Assembly (NCBI GenBank): GCA_964187785.1
Contig: OZ076416.1
Location: forward strand, 45,942,001-46,006,000
Reading direction: 5' to 3'
DNA from: Amphiscolops sp. MND2022
Lineage: Eukaryota
DNA length: 64,000 bases
Below the pieces are notes generated by a model, which saw only the letters and a program-made list of their open reading frames with translations, did not search any database and was not told where the DNA came from. Position numbers and translations under genes: made by a program. Of this stretch, positions 48,655 through 59,900 are shown piece by piece. Each line of letters starts with the position of its first letter. Within the stretch, counting starts at the first letter, position 1.

Positions 48655-48672
48655 GGCCCACGTTGGGCGCCA
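48655..48672 (-). promoter_or_regulatory. Primer-binding site, tRNA-Lys type (element B)
   Basis: TGGCGCCCAACGTGGGCC, 17/18 match to the classical tRNA-Lys(CUU) PBS TGGCGCCCAACGTGGGGC. Confidence 0.85.
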
Positions 48673-48757
48673 TAAAAACTATCCTAGATGTAACGTCAAG
48701 CTAACAGCTACATTCTAGTGCTGGGACAATGCCTAGATTGCTTTAACAGGAGACCGG

Positions 48758-49843
48758 TGTCGGAACGTGCACTAGTTTTATCGATGACTGTATTTTGATC
48801 GTTCCCTTCTCCGTGACTGGAGGATAACTTTTCCGTTAAAGCTAATACTAGTCCAGTAAGCTCATTAATTTGTCTATTCATACTCGAGAAGCGTTGGTCA
48901 ATAGTCATTTGCTCGGAATGTTGTTCAGAATGAATGAGATTTTCATTATCTAGTTCATCAATTTGATCTCTTGTGAGGAGGTCAGGAATACTACATTCAC
49001 TTTCGGAATCACTAACACGGTCATTTCTACTTGCTTTACCCATGAATACTGGGATGGAATTTCTTGCCTGAGATCGTGTATTTACCATTTTGTATAAAGA
49101 AACTGGAGTTGTTGAAAGAATTTGAATTGAGATTTTAAGGTTGAATTTAAGTTTGAAGAGAAGGGTTAATCTTTCGCAATGATGTGGTAAGCAACTAAGC
49201 GTCAAGTTAGACCAAAAACTAATGGCTGTCTTTTTGCACCTCTTATCAATTTCGCAATGTTGGTCAGGTGACAACGTCACGTGACTGTATCGACCAATAG
49301 CACTGCACTACTAATGAGGTGTTAATTGCAACATACTGGTGGTTGTACCATTTGAGGCTTTACGATGATGTTGCGTTGCCATCGCTACGCATAATGTTTG
49401 TTAATTTTTACTACACTAATTGAAATGAGTAATAATGGACTATAATGGTGGTATATTACCATCGTTACATGTAAATGTTTAATTTAGAAAGCACTGTGAT
49501 GTGGTTATATCACCAACATCACCTACATGGAATGAAATATGTTTATGTTACTAGCGCTATATGATTGAGCAATGAAATGAAGTGGTTGAGTAACCAGCAT
49601 AGCCTGGTTTAACTAATGAAGAAATGAATAAAATAGTTACTTTAAAAATGGTTCTGAAGATAGTATATCAACTACATTACGTGATGCACTTTAGGAATGG
49701 CTTGAGAAAGGTCATGTTAAGAGTGTATGATTATAACGAAAATGGGATTGGGTTTTTATGTGGTGACATGTAAATAATGTAAAAATGATATAATTGAAGA
49801 GTTTTAGTTTTTTGGTTTCAGTGATGCTGTGTATATAACTACA
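48758..49843 (-). repeat. 3' LTR of element A (1086 bp, TG...CA)
   Basis: Minus strand starts TGTAGTTATA and ends GTTCCGACA; matches 62943-64000. Confidence 0.92.
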
Positions 49844-49858
49844 TTCTTTTCCCCATTT
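49844..49858 (-). promoter_or_regulatory. Polypurine tract of element A
   Basis: AAATGGGGAAAAGAA directly abutting the LTR start TGTAG. Confidence 0.8.
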
Positions 49859-50906
49859 GCATTTCGGTGCGTATTGTCGATTCATGCTTCATCTTTTACT
49901 GATGTTGTTTAGTTGAGAGCATCGTTGTTCAGTATTATCATGCGTCAGGCATGACACTCCGGGTCTTTTTCGAAAAGAGCAAGTGGTGGGGGTGGAGGAG
50001 AGTTGTTTGTAATTGTTCGTTCCTATCGGTTGATTTGAGCTTCGTGCTGATTATTCGTCGGAAGTGGCAGTGACGTTGTCATAGCAACTGCATCATGGTG
50101 GATGATTCGGCATCATGCTTGGAAAAATGTTCACTGCACTACGGTCATTCCACTTCGGTCAACAGTAAATATAAAGTCGATGTGGCGAATGTAGCCACGT
50201 CATCCAATCGTGCGCATTGTTTGCAGTAAGAGAGTGAGAGCGAGAGTGAATTTGCCGGAAATCAATAACGTGGCAGCGTAATATAATTTCTCGGCTCATT
50301 CGGTAACTGTTCGGAAGTGAGAGGTAGTGGAATGTCGTGCGCTTGGTAAATAAATCATCGTCGATGCCAAATACGATTCCAACAATAAGCGGTAGCTTGA
50401 TTCCATTGTGACTTCGTTTGCTGAGAAAGACAGTTGATGTATGTATTGCGATAAACCGGAAGGAGGTAAAATTGAATGTTCATAATCTGAATAAATAAAT
50501 CAGTAAAAATATGTAGACGATCTTCCATTGTTCTTCTCTTTCGTTTGTTTTTTGCCGACAGTCGTAACGAGGGATGAACCATCAGTGGTAGTGGGTTTTT
50601 TGGCAGAATTCGGGGTGTTTAATTTTGAATTCAGTTACTTGTTTTATGTCAGCGTGCGCTGAGGTAGTGGCGATCACAATCGTTCGAATTTTTCGATTCT
50701 TTGAAGGGTGGTTTATTGGCGAATTATTATGTCGAGTTGTGGGTAGACACACTCTTTGAAAGTAAGTAGAAAATCTTTTGTATGAGATGATGTGGTTGAT
50801 CAGGCCTCATCATATGCAGATTGAAGATACTGAAATCTGGTAGATCGCAATTCACTCAATTTGTCGCAGTTTGACTTTTAAATAGATAGGTATTGTTATT
50901 ACTACA

Positions 50907-53900
50907 ATGTCGTCCGTTGGGCCTTCTGACGAAGAAATCTCTTCGATGATTCAAGCGGCTGAGGGTTTATTAGCAGAAGTGTCGAGTTTGAGTCGCTCCT
51001 CTGGAGGTGATGATTTGGCAGCCGGGGTGGAAGATGTTATCGCTGAAGGAGACATTCCAGTGTGTTGCCAGTTTGCTCAATGTCTGAGTGCCACGAACGT
51101 TGAGTCGGCATTGACTCTGATGGAAATAGCTTTGTCTACCGAATTCCGTAAGTAGTTGTTGCTTTTCCCTTTGTAGTTTCATGAGTAGGTTTGAATAACA
51201 CTTCAAGGCATTTTGTGTGTAATGGTGTGACGATAGTGGGTAAGGTACATACCGTCGCATTGTCTCATAAGCTCTTCCCGGGAACTATTGCCTCGGCTTG
51301 ACTGTTAGGGTAGGTTACCTCGTGTGGTGTCATCATTCGTATTTGTGTGCGTGTGTTCTAGAAGAACTTAGTATGGTGGAAATCGTAAAAGTACTGCGTG
51401 GGATGCTGCGGGTCGATGAGCCGTCAACGGGCACGTCTGGTGCCGTTGCAGTAGAGCCGACACCGGGCCCTTCAGGAGCCGTAGCAGTGGAGCCTAGGCT
51501 GGAAGGTGAACCTTGTACTTCAACTGGTTAGTATCATTTTAATGCACTAATGCGTATTGTTTGAACTCGGCTTAGGCATAGTCGTCAGGTTGGGGTTGTA
51601 GGGGTGTCTGCTAGAATATCGCAATGTGGTTAGGGCTACCTCATCTAATTCGCAAATCACGTGTGGTTCGTTGTTTAGGTACGCCTGTTGAAGATCCGAT
51701 GTGTATGAAGGCTCTGGTCAATTCGATTATTGAACTGGACAAGAAAGTGTCGTCTGTTGTGAAGACGACTATTGAAACAACGCTGGTACAGATGGGCACT
51801 GTAGGAGCCATGGCAGTTGATGAATTGATAGACCGACTGAAGGCATGCATTGGCAACGCGGGCAATGTGGGCTATGCATCTGGTGCGTCAGCCTTGAGTG
51901 ATCCTTGTCTTGAACACACTCCTGTAGTGGCGCCACCTCGTGGTTCGGCTCCAATCCGTGGTGGTGGATCAGTCGCAAGTTCTCCTATGCCGTCAGCTTT
52001 TGGAGATGTCCGTTCAGTGATAGCGTCTGGTGTTTCTGGGGCGGTTGCTCCAAAACCTGGTAAGAATCTCATAAGATCACACGATGGGTTTTAGTGGTTT
52101 GGGTTATAACATTAAGGACGAAAACCTTTTTTTTTGTTCTCTATAGCAGTAGAAGTTTAGATAGTCGTGGTTTTTGTTTTAGTTCGGACCCGGAAGATTA
52201 AGATGCTCAAGCCGTCCTACTTTGTCTCTGGTGTCGTAGGAACCTTTGTGGGCTTCCCTAGACGAAAGCGTGTTATCGATGGATATGCCCGTTGTCTCCT
52301 TTGCAGAACTGACTTGAGTATCGCTGGCCGCGGATTGTCCTCGCTTTGGGACCACTGGAAGGGGGTCGAACACACCAGACTCTAGCAGAAATACCGTATC
52401 ATGACCCAGCGACCATTGCTAGACAAGAGCTGTCGGGCGGTAACTGCTGAAGAAGATCGGAGGATCAGGCGAGAACGTATGTCGGAGCCCCCAGTGTTTA
52501 TGGAGACTGAACTGAGTTTGACCGTAGAAGAAAGGATTGCTATTGAGGAAGAACAGGAGCTAGAGGGTCAGCGGCCACACTTACCCGAGGGAAGCGCAGA
52601 CTACTTGTGGCTGTGCAACTTCATCGTCGCTTTTACAAATTCCGCATCGCTCGGTGGAGTCATGAGACTCGTGGACGCCTGGAGTGCCTGTACGTCGACA
52701 GAGTTGCGCTTTGAGTGCAGAGTCCTGAATTACCCTCGATGTCAGGTGTGTATTATGTCAATTTTTTTGTGTGTGTTCTAGCGTGATAGTGGTGTGTTTC
52801 GTTGTATTCGATGTGGTTATTGTGTTGCAGAGCTTGGTGTTATATGGTCTCTACCCATACGTTCTGGATCAACTGGATGCGGCTTTGGAAGTTAGCAGCT
52901 GTGCTGGTGTGAGCATTCATCATTATCATGGTCAATGGCGTTGTGAATGTCATGTCGTCAGTAGTCTTCAGGTGAAGACACTCGACCTGTCAGTCGTGGC
53001 CGAATCCAGTGAGTGGGAGAAGCACCTAGTAGAGAACGTTGTGCCCGTCCTTGCCTGTCTGAAGAATGGGGCTGGAATCAAGGTAGTGTCTGTGGAAAGG
53101 AGAAGTGCTAGTCGGAAAGGCAATTGCTGCCTCTCTCGCTTCGGATACCCCATTAGTCGTGGGGGTGGTTACCGTACGTACTGTGTTCGAGGAGATTCGA
53201 CGTCAGTTCTTAGTCGAATTCGGCGGTTTGGATCCCTTGAGCATCCTGGAATACTTCCGTGTGAGATTGATGCCGTCAGTGCGAGAGCGTTTCCTGGACC
53301 GGATGCCTAACTTTCGTCAGGTGAGTAAAGAATAATTTCCTTTACTTTTTTTTCTACGTCTTTTGTGGTGTGGGTTGTAGTTCGGTTGTGAATTTTGCTA
53401 AAGGGTTAGGTCGACACTAATGGATTTTATAAGAATTGTAATGCTTATCAATGGAATAGTGACTTATGATGTAGTAGGATTAACGTCATGGTTGTTGCCG
53501 TAGTATTAATCAGTGTGTTTTTCTTTTTTTTTCCTAGTATATACGTTCTGGTGGAGACGACATTCCTCAATTAGCCAGGGTGTGTGGAGAGGTCGTCGAA
53601 CAGTGGAATGAGCTGGCATTGCACTTTGGAGATACCCGTCCGGCCGCAACCTCGGAGCTTATGATTGTGACACCTCTGGAGAAACAAGTGTTCGAGGATG
53701 CGATGGTGCGACCGCGGTTTGCTATCCTGAGACTCGTCCTTGACCTAAGTGAGTATCTGGTCGTTGCTTCATGTTAAAGGAAGAAAAAAAAGAGGGGGGG
53801 GTTTTGTTGCATTAGTTGTATTTATCGTACTATAATTGCAAAAGGTTTTTTTTCAGGGTGTTCCATGTGTGTATCTTGTTTTAGTGACATTTGTTTATGC

Positions 53901-55245
53901 TGTTTTAGTGGTTAAACACTGCGGGCAGCTATGCGGACAACGCCGCGATCGGAGGCTGGTTGCTGAACGAGAATTAGCTCAGTTTATCCGCGGGATAATG
54001 GAATTCATTTACACAATGACGAGAATTCCGGCTGATTACGAGGTCGCAATCCTGCTGAAACCTTTTGAGTGCGAGTGCGCTGACATCGATGTCAACCTTT
54101 ATCGACTCCACTTTGGTCAATTCTTCCGCTTTGACGTTAGCTCCCAACTGCCCTTCTTTTATAAGTCTGTACAAAAACTGTTGGTGGCGCTGTGTAGAAA
54201 CTTATCGTCGATGTGGCAACGTGTGTGGCCAAACTATCTGAGTTTCACGCCGTTCGACCCTACTTTAATCCACAGTGGATCAGACGACCGTCGGGTTGAC
54301 GCACTAGTCGAGACGTGTGCTGTCTTGACGAGCCATGGCCTATTAGACATGGGGAGTGGCGGCACTGTACAGCAGCAATATCTTGACGTGATACAGTATT
54401 TTAAACGCAAATGGACAGCGTTACAAGACGATGTTCCTGTGGTAGAGTATGTAATCTCTATGTGGATGTCGTATCCTCATTGGGAGCGATGCAGCGAACT
54501 CAAGGAGGTGTTGGATCTTGTCATAACCATCACTATTACTGGCAATTACGAGGTCGATTTCAAAGACGAAGCGTCGACAGCATTACATGCGGACACTTTG
54601 CTATCAAGCCTGCATCTAGTGAGAAGCTGGTTTGCTCACTCGTTTGTGGGAAAGACTCGAAAAAATTTACGGGGACTGCTACGTGTTGCCGAGACTACGG
54701 ACATGCTGGTATCGAGGCTATCAGACGCTGTGCGTGGTAAGCCATGGGATCAGCTATTGAAAGTAGGACTTGACCAGACCTTGACGCGATGTATGAGTGT
54801 ACTCACAAATGATCTTGGCTCGGCTGTAACCCCAATGGTCGACGACTACAGATCGGCAGTTCTAGCGCAATTGAATGTCATGGAAGTTGTTGCGACTAGT
54901 CCGATACGACCTTCAACTAGTCCAAAGGCAAAACGTTTCATCGGGCCGACTAAAGGCAAAGGGGCACGCACTCAGGCTAATGTTCAAATACCGATTGGGT
55001 CTAAAGAAGTAAGTACGAGCGGGAAGTCAATCAAAAAGGGTGGACGTCAATCCGATGCTAAAATAGAGAGGCCGGGCCCTAGTACTCGTGGGCATCGTGG
55101 GAGAAGAACGGGTGGAAAGCCGCGGGGTGCCAAGACCCTGGTTTTGTCGGGTTGTACAAGCAGCCCGATATTGCGGAGTCAGAAAACACCAGCAGCAAAA
55201 CGAAAGGCTAAGTGGACCATTGTCGAATCTTCCGACGAGAGCTAG
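50907..55245 (+). pseudogene. Seven-exon antisense gene encoding a hAT-transposase-derived zinc-finger protein (about 1128 aa; one stop and one frameshift in this copy)
   Basis: Exons 50907-51147, 51362-51526, 51679-52059, 52183-52745, 52831-53320, 53538-53748, 53909-55245. All introns are GT-AG (214, 152, 123, 85, 217, 160 nt) with phases 1,1,1,0,0,1. TAG at 52383-52385; extra A at about 53096-53098. Zinc finger C-x2-C-x16-H-x5-H at 52293-52373. Confidence 0.8.
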
Positions 55246-56933
55246 TGGTTCTTACTTCGTTCTCAAAGAGAAACTTAGATCCTCGTTCATTAGAAAAACA
55301 TTGTAGCGCGGGAGCAAAGCTCCTCAGTTGGTCGGTTGTTTTATTTGTTATTATTCAAGACTATGAACTTGTGTTTTCTTGATTCATGTAGTTGTGTTTT
55401 GCATGTTGGTTTTACATGTTTTTGCTCTGTCATTAGTATGCTGTTGATATCGTTACGTTTGTTTGGACTCCGTCCTTTCTTGGCTTAGTAGTTCGGGTAG
55501 AATTTACATGTTGCCTGTATTATACTAATTTTTTAGCCTAATTTGCATGTAAACTTAGATAGCTGGTCTCAAAATGTTGGAGCGATAGGCTCAGCTTTGC
55601 AAGTCATTCAAGTTCTAGTAGAGTAGTCGCCTAGGTAACTACCATTGAAAAGCTCTCACTCATCAAGTGCCATCCTCGTGACAGCGTTGTTCATGATTAT
55701 GGCTTACATATGACAGAGGTGGAAACTTGGTGAGTGGGTGAAGTCGCTCAACTCCTACAGATGATTTGAACTTTTTGAGTAGCTGCTTTTATAGTGCTCT
55801 AGTTGGTTGTTTGACAGGTGTTTACTAACTTAGGTGTCGTTTTAATCTGTCAGTTCATGTCGAGTTTTACATATATTTATTTCTCATGTAGCGTTATTCT
55901 TGACGTCGTCATCGTTGATGTGTGTCATGCGACGTCATCACTCGTGTCGTGTGTCAAGTGTTAACGTCAATCTTAATGGTAGATGGGTTTCCCCATGGCC
56001 ATTAAACTTTTTGAGTACCATCCCTTGTTACGAATCTTCGGTGATGTAGTGAATATGACCGCATGTTTTTTGTTGTTCTGTCCTACCTGCCGCGAGGCGA
56101 AGCTTACGAATCAACAGTAAGAACGAAAGTGTCATGACCTAAATTCGATGTAGAGGTGACGACTGCATTTTACTGTCCTAGGAAAAGTTTTATATGTTGT
56201 TCATTGGATTGGGAAGGTTATTTGCCGTCGCAAAAACCCTTACAAAACTAACACCGAATCCACTTGCTAAAGAGCAAGCTTCATCTGAATGTTTGCACAA
56301 CCACACAGACGCGTTTTTGATGACGCACCCACACAGCCGAACCACATCATGATTTCCGGGGCGGAAGTGCAGGACTAGATTGTGGCGGTGTAACTTAACT
56401 AAGGCAGCTATCTCTTTTGCATGTTCGGTTGTGTGCTATTACTTTTCTAAAATGGTTTATTTCTGTCGTCATAAGGTTGGTAAGTACAGAATTGCGAAAC
56501 AATTCCTTTGAAAGCGTGTGGTTGGGATTTTCTGTGAATTGCATAATTTAGTAGCTCGTTTGCATGTGTATTACATGTACTTGATAATTTCCGGTTAACG
56601 TGATGTGGTGTGTATGACTGCATTGCATGTAGTTACTTTTGCGCTCAGCTGTATCGGTAGAGAGTAACAATATACTCTGCCGGTAAACTCAAGTATGTCG
56701 GACAGTGAGTATCAGTCGTCACTGAATGGCGTAAAGTAGACTAAATAATTTAAGGGTATGATTGATGCATGTGGTGATGTAGACTACGTTCAATTACATG
56801 AAAAATAATTTTTAACGGAATTCAACTAAAAATCTGTGGATTTGCGTTGCATGAATTGTACTAGAGCTAGTTTTGCATGTAACTCGTGAACGAGGAAGTT
56901 GTTGTATTTTTTGGTACAGGCGCTTCTCTAAGG

Positions 56934-59900
56934 CTATATCTGGTAATTCATTTCTTCAGGCAGACTTTCAGGTTCAGCTTGTTCAGTGTTGTTTGTGTGA
57001 ACGGTATCTCGTAATGTCTCGGGTATAGGTGGAACCTCGTACATTTGTTCCTGTTCATACGAGATGATACCATGTTGTACGTCGGTCATGTCGGGTTGTT
57101 TGTCAGGGTGAACTATTTCGGGCAGAGCGTTCGGCAGAGGTGGAACCTCGTGCATTTGTTCGCGTTCGTAATAGATTGTTCCGTGTTCTCTATCGACACT
57201 CTCAAATTCGTTAGTGTCGATTTCAGTTGTGTTTTCAGCCGGAGTTAGTATATCGGGTGCAGGCAAGTTTTCGTTAGATATGGTTTGGTCGTCGGTAGCG
57301 TCTGGATCACTATAGTGTTTTTTCGCATCGTCATCTATGTCGTCAATGGGGTCGTGTGGTACGAATGGGCGAAGCCGCATTCTATGTACAGACTGTGTTC
57401 GGAATGTACCCACCTTTCTAATGATGTAGTTTGAATGTGATAGGACTTTGACTACCTTGTAGGGTCCTTCCCATTTAAAGGAGTTGAAGGGAATTTTGTC
57501 AGATTATGTTTTAATTTTAGGATTCAATAGAAAGGCAAAGTCGTTTACTTTCAGTGGCGATGCTTGCGCTTTTCGGTCGTAGTACGCCTTGTATTTATGG
57601 AAAGCTTTGATGATGTTGGCGTGCGTCTCCTTGAACTTTGTATTCAGGTTGTCCACTAATGTTTTTGTGTCAACAGTGTTTCGTGGTAGATTCAGAGGGT
57701 TGCTAAATTTCAGGTCTAGAGAGTTGTATGGCACTCGGTCGTGGAAGACTTCAGTTGGAGAACATTTTAAGGACTGATGATAAGTTGTGTTATGCGCCAA
57801 AACTGCAAGGTTAACATATCGGTCCCACTGGGGACGGTCCGCAGAGACAATTATTTTCAGAATCTGTTTTAAACGTTGGTGTGACCTTTCGACCATCCCA
57901 ATAGATTGGGCGTGTTTGATTGTCGCGTGTGAGACCTTGATTTCGGCTCTGTTCATTATTTCGGTTATGACTTGTGAAGTGAAAGCAGAGCCTTTATCGG
58001 TGATAATGTGCTTTGGTACGTACGCATGCTTTGTGAAAATGTCTAGCAGAGCATCAACGACGGACTTCGTATCAGGTTTGCGGATCGGGATAGCAAACAG
58101 GTAACGCGAAAAACAATCACAAGCCGCCAGGATGTCTGAGTACCCATTAGATCGCGGTAACTCACCTACGAGATCAATTTCAAGGATGTCTTGCAGGGGT
58201 CGTATATTGGTTCAAGTGGAGGTACTAGAGTATTATGTTTCGCAGGTTTCGCTTTGATACATTCTTGACAATTGGTTACAAACTCTTCCATGTTTTCAGT
58301 TAGGTTTGGGATGTAGTACCGTTTCCTTAGTTCACTTAGCATTTTGGAAGCGCCAGGGTGTCCCTGCATGGGGTCGCCATGCATCGTCCTGATTATGGCT
58401 TCAGTAGTTTCTGGAGGAACTACAATTTGTCGGTAAGCTAGGTGTCCAACGTTGTCAAAAAACTGTCTGTACAAGACGTCGTTAACCACTTCAAGCCTTT
58501 TACGGTTCTTGAACAATTTTTGGAAAAAGGTACTTTCAAAGTTCACGTGGTTAGGGGGTGTTTCTTGGACAGTAAGGATCCTAATTACACGTTGTACGTC
58601 ACTACTTTCGCCTTGAGGCTTAACAATTTCTGAAACCCCCGAAGGGCATACCTGATTTACCATGTGGACCTGGTCCCGTCGATGAAATCGGGTGAAGAGA
58701 AGAGTTGGGTCAGAGGGCGTCACAAATGGTTGTATCTGGGACCTGATCTCCTCGATACGTCTGTTGTATTTGTCGTCACTTTCACGGTGTTGTTGCGGGA
58801 ACATCGTCATCAGTGTTTGGATTGTCTCGTTCGATGACGTGGCGACATCTGGTTCATCATGATCGTCAGGGATGTACTCTTCCTCGTCATCGTCTTGCTT
58901 GGGCGTCTTGGATGCCAGGTCGATTTCCACCTTGAAGACCGGTATCTCATCGTGAAACTTGAGGTTGATCCTGTCTGCTGGGTCGATATCGATACTCGAT
59001 AGGTAATCGGCAGCTGGGTTCTCGACGCCGGGGACGTGGGCTAAGACGAAGTCGACTTAGAGTGCTTGATCGCAGTAGTTCCACAACTTGGGTGGTATCC
59101 GCTTTGACTGGAAGAATCTTGTGAGGGCTTTGTTGTCTGTCATGACAATGGTTGGTTTCTTCACACCCCACAAGATATGAGCAAACTCGTCGAAGGCGAA
59201 GTGCATAGCCAGGAACTCTTTCGCGTACATCGTGAGTGACATCTGGCCCTCAGTGAACCTTTGTGAACCAAACGCCACTGGTGCATATGACTTCGTTGGA
59301 CCCTCGCTGGCTCCAGTGTAATCCTCTATCAAGAGGACATAACCGGCTGCGTGCTCACTAGCGTCGCACATGATCACCAATTGCTTGTCAGGAAGTGGTA
59401 ACCTCAATGACATCTTAGCAGCGTTTGCCAAATTTTCGTTGATGTCAAAAATTGCGTCTTTGTGGGCTTGCGTGAGTTGAAATTTTACGTCCTTTTGCAA
59501 CAACTTGTATAGGGGCACTAACTTCACGGCTAGTCTCGGTATGTACTGCCGGTACAATTGTACAAATCCAATGTATCGCTGAAGTGATTTCACTGACGTC
59601 GGCAGTTTGATGTTTTTCAGGAAGTCGTCGATCTTCTTCTCGATGGGCCCGATGCCTTTACTGGTAATGCTTCTGCCAAGGAATTCGATTTCGGGGTGAC
59701 CAAATGCACACTTCCACATCGAAAGTTTGAGACCTGCTTGTCTGACTTTGGTGAACACGGCCTCTATGTTGTCGACTAATTCTTCAACAGTGCTGGCTGC
59801 AATGCCGATGTCGTCAACGTACTGCGCACACTTGTCAGCTTTGACCAGAGGGTCCAAGTACTCTCGAACAGTACTATTGAAAGCTGACAGGGACCGGTTC

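Larger units (their letters stand above)
43586..48757 (-). mobile_element. Older Gypsy-type LTR retrotransposon B (end of 5' LTR, PBS, long leader, decayed gag; truncated)
   Basis: tRNA-Lys PBS at 48655-48672, about 2.2-kb leader, fragmented gag with zinc knuckle; the LTR is cut at 48757 by element A. Confidence 0.7.

Noticed and set aside
48708-49280. 190-aa ORF as an independent gene
   Set aside because: It is the gag N-terminus duplicated in the 3' LTR.
50521-50545. Alternative PPT/LTR boundary
   Set aside because: The boundary at 49843 has the TG start and an abutting purine tract, and lies just 29 bp beyond where identity with the other LTR can be followed.
51237-51309. Possible extra exon in intron 1 of the antisense gene
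   Set aside because: Contains an in-frame TGA and its donor is phase 2, incompatible with the phase-1 acceptor at 51362.
53836-53908. 5' part of the 469-aa ORF as coding sequence (acceptor at about 53857)
   Set aside because: That acceptor is phase 0 while exon 6 ends in phase 1; the acceptor at 53908 fits.
50907-55245. Antisense gene as an env-like third ORF
   Set aside because: Wrong strand, spliced, and no signal peptide, furin site or TM anchor; the motifs point to a nuclear zinc-finger/transposase derivative.
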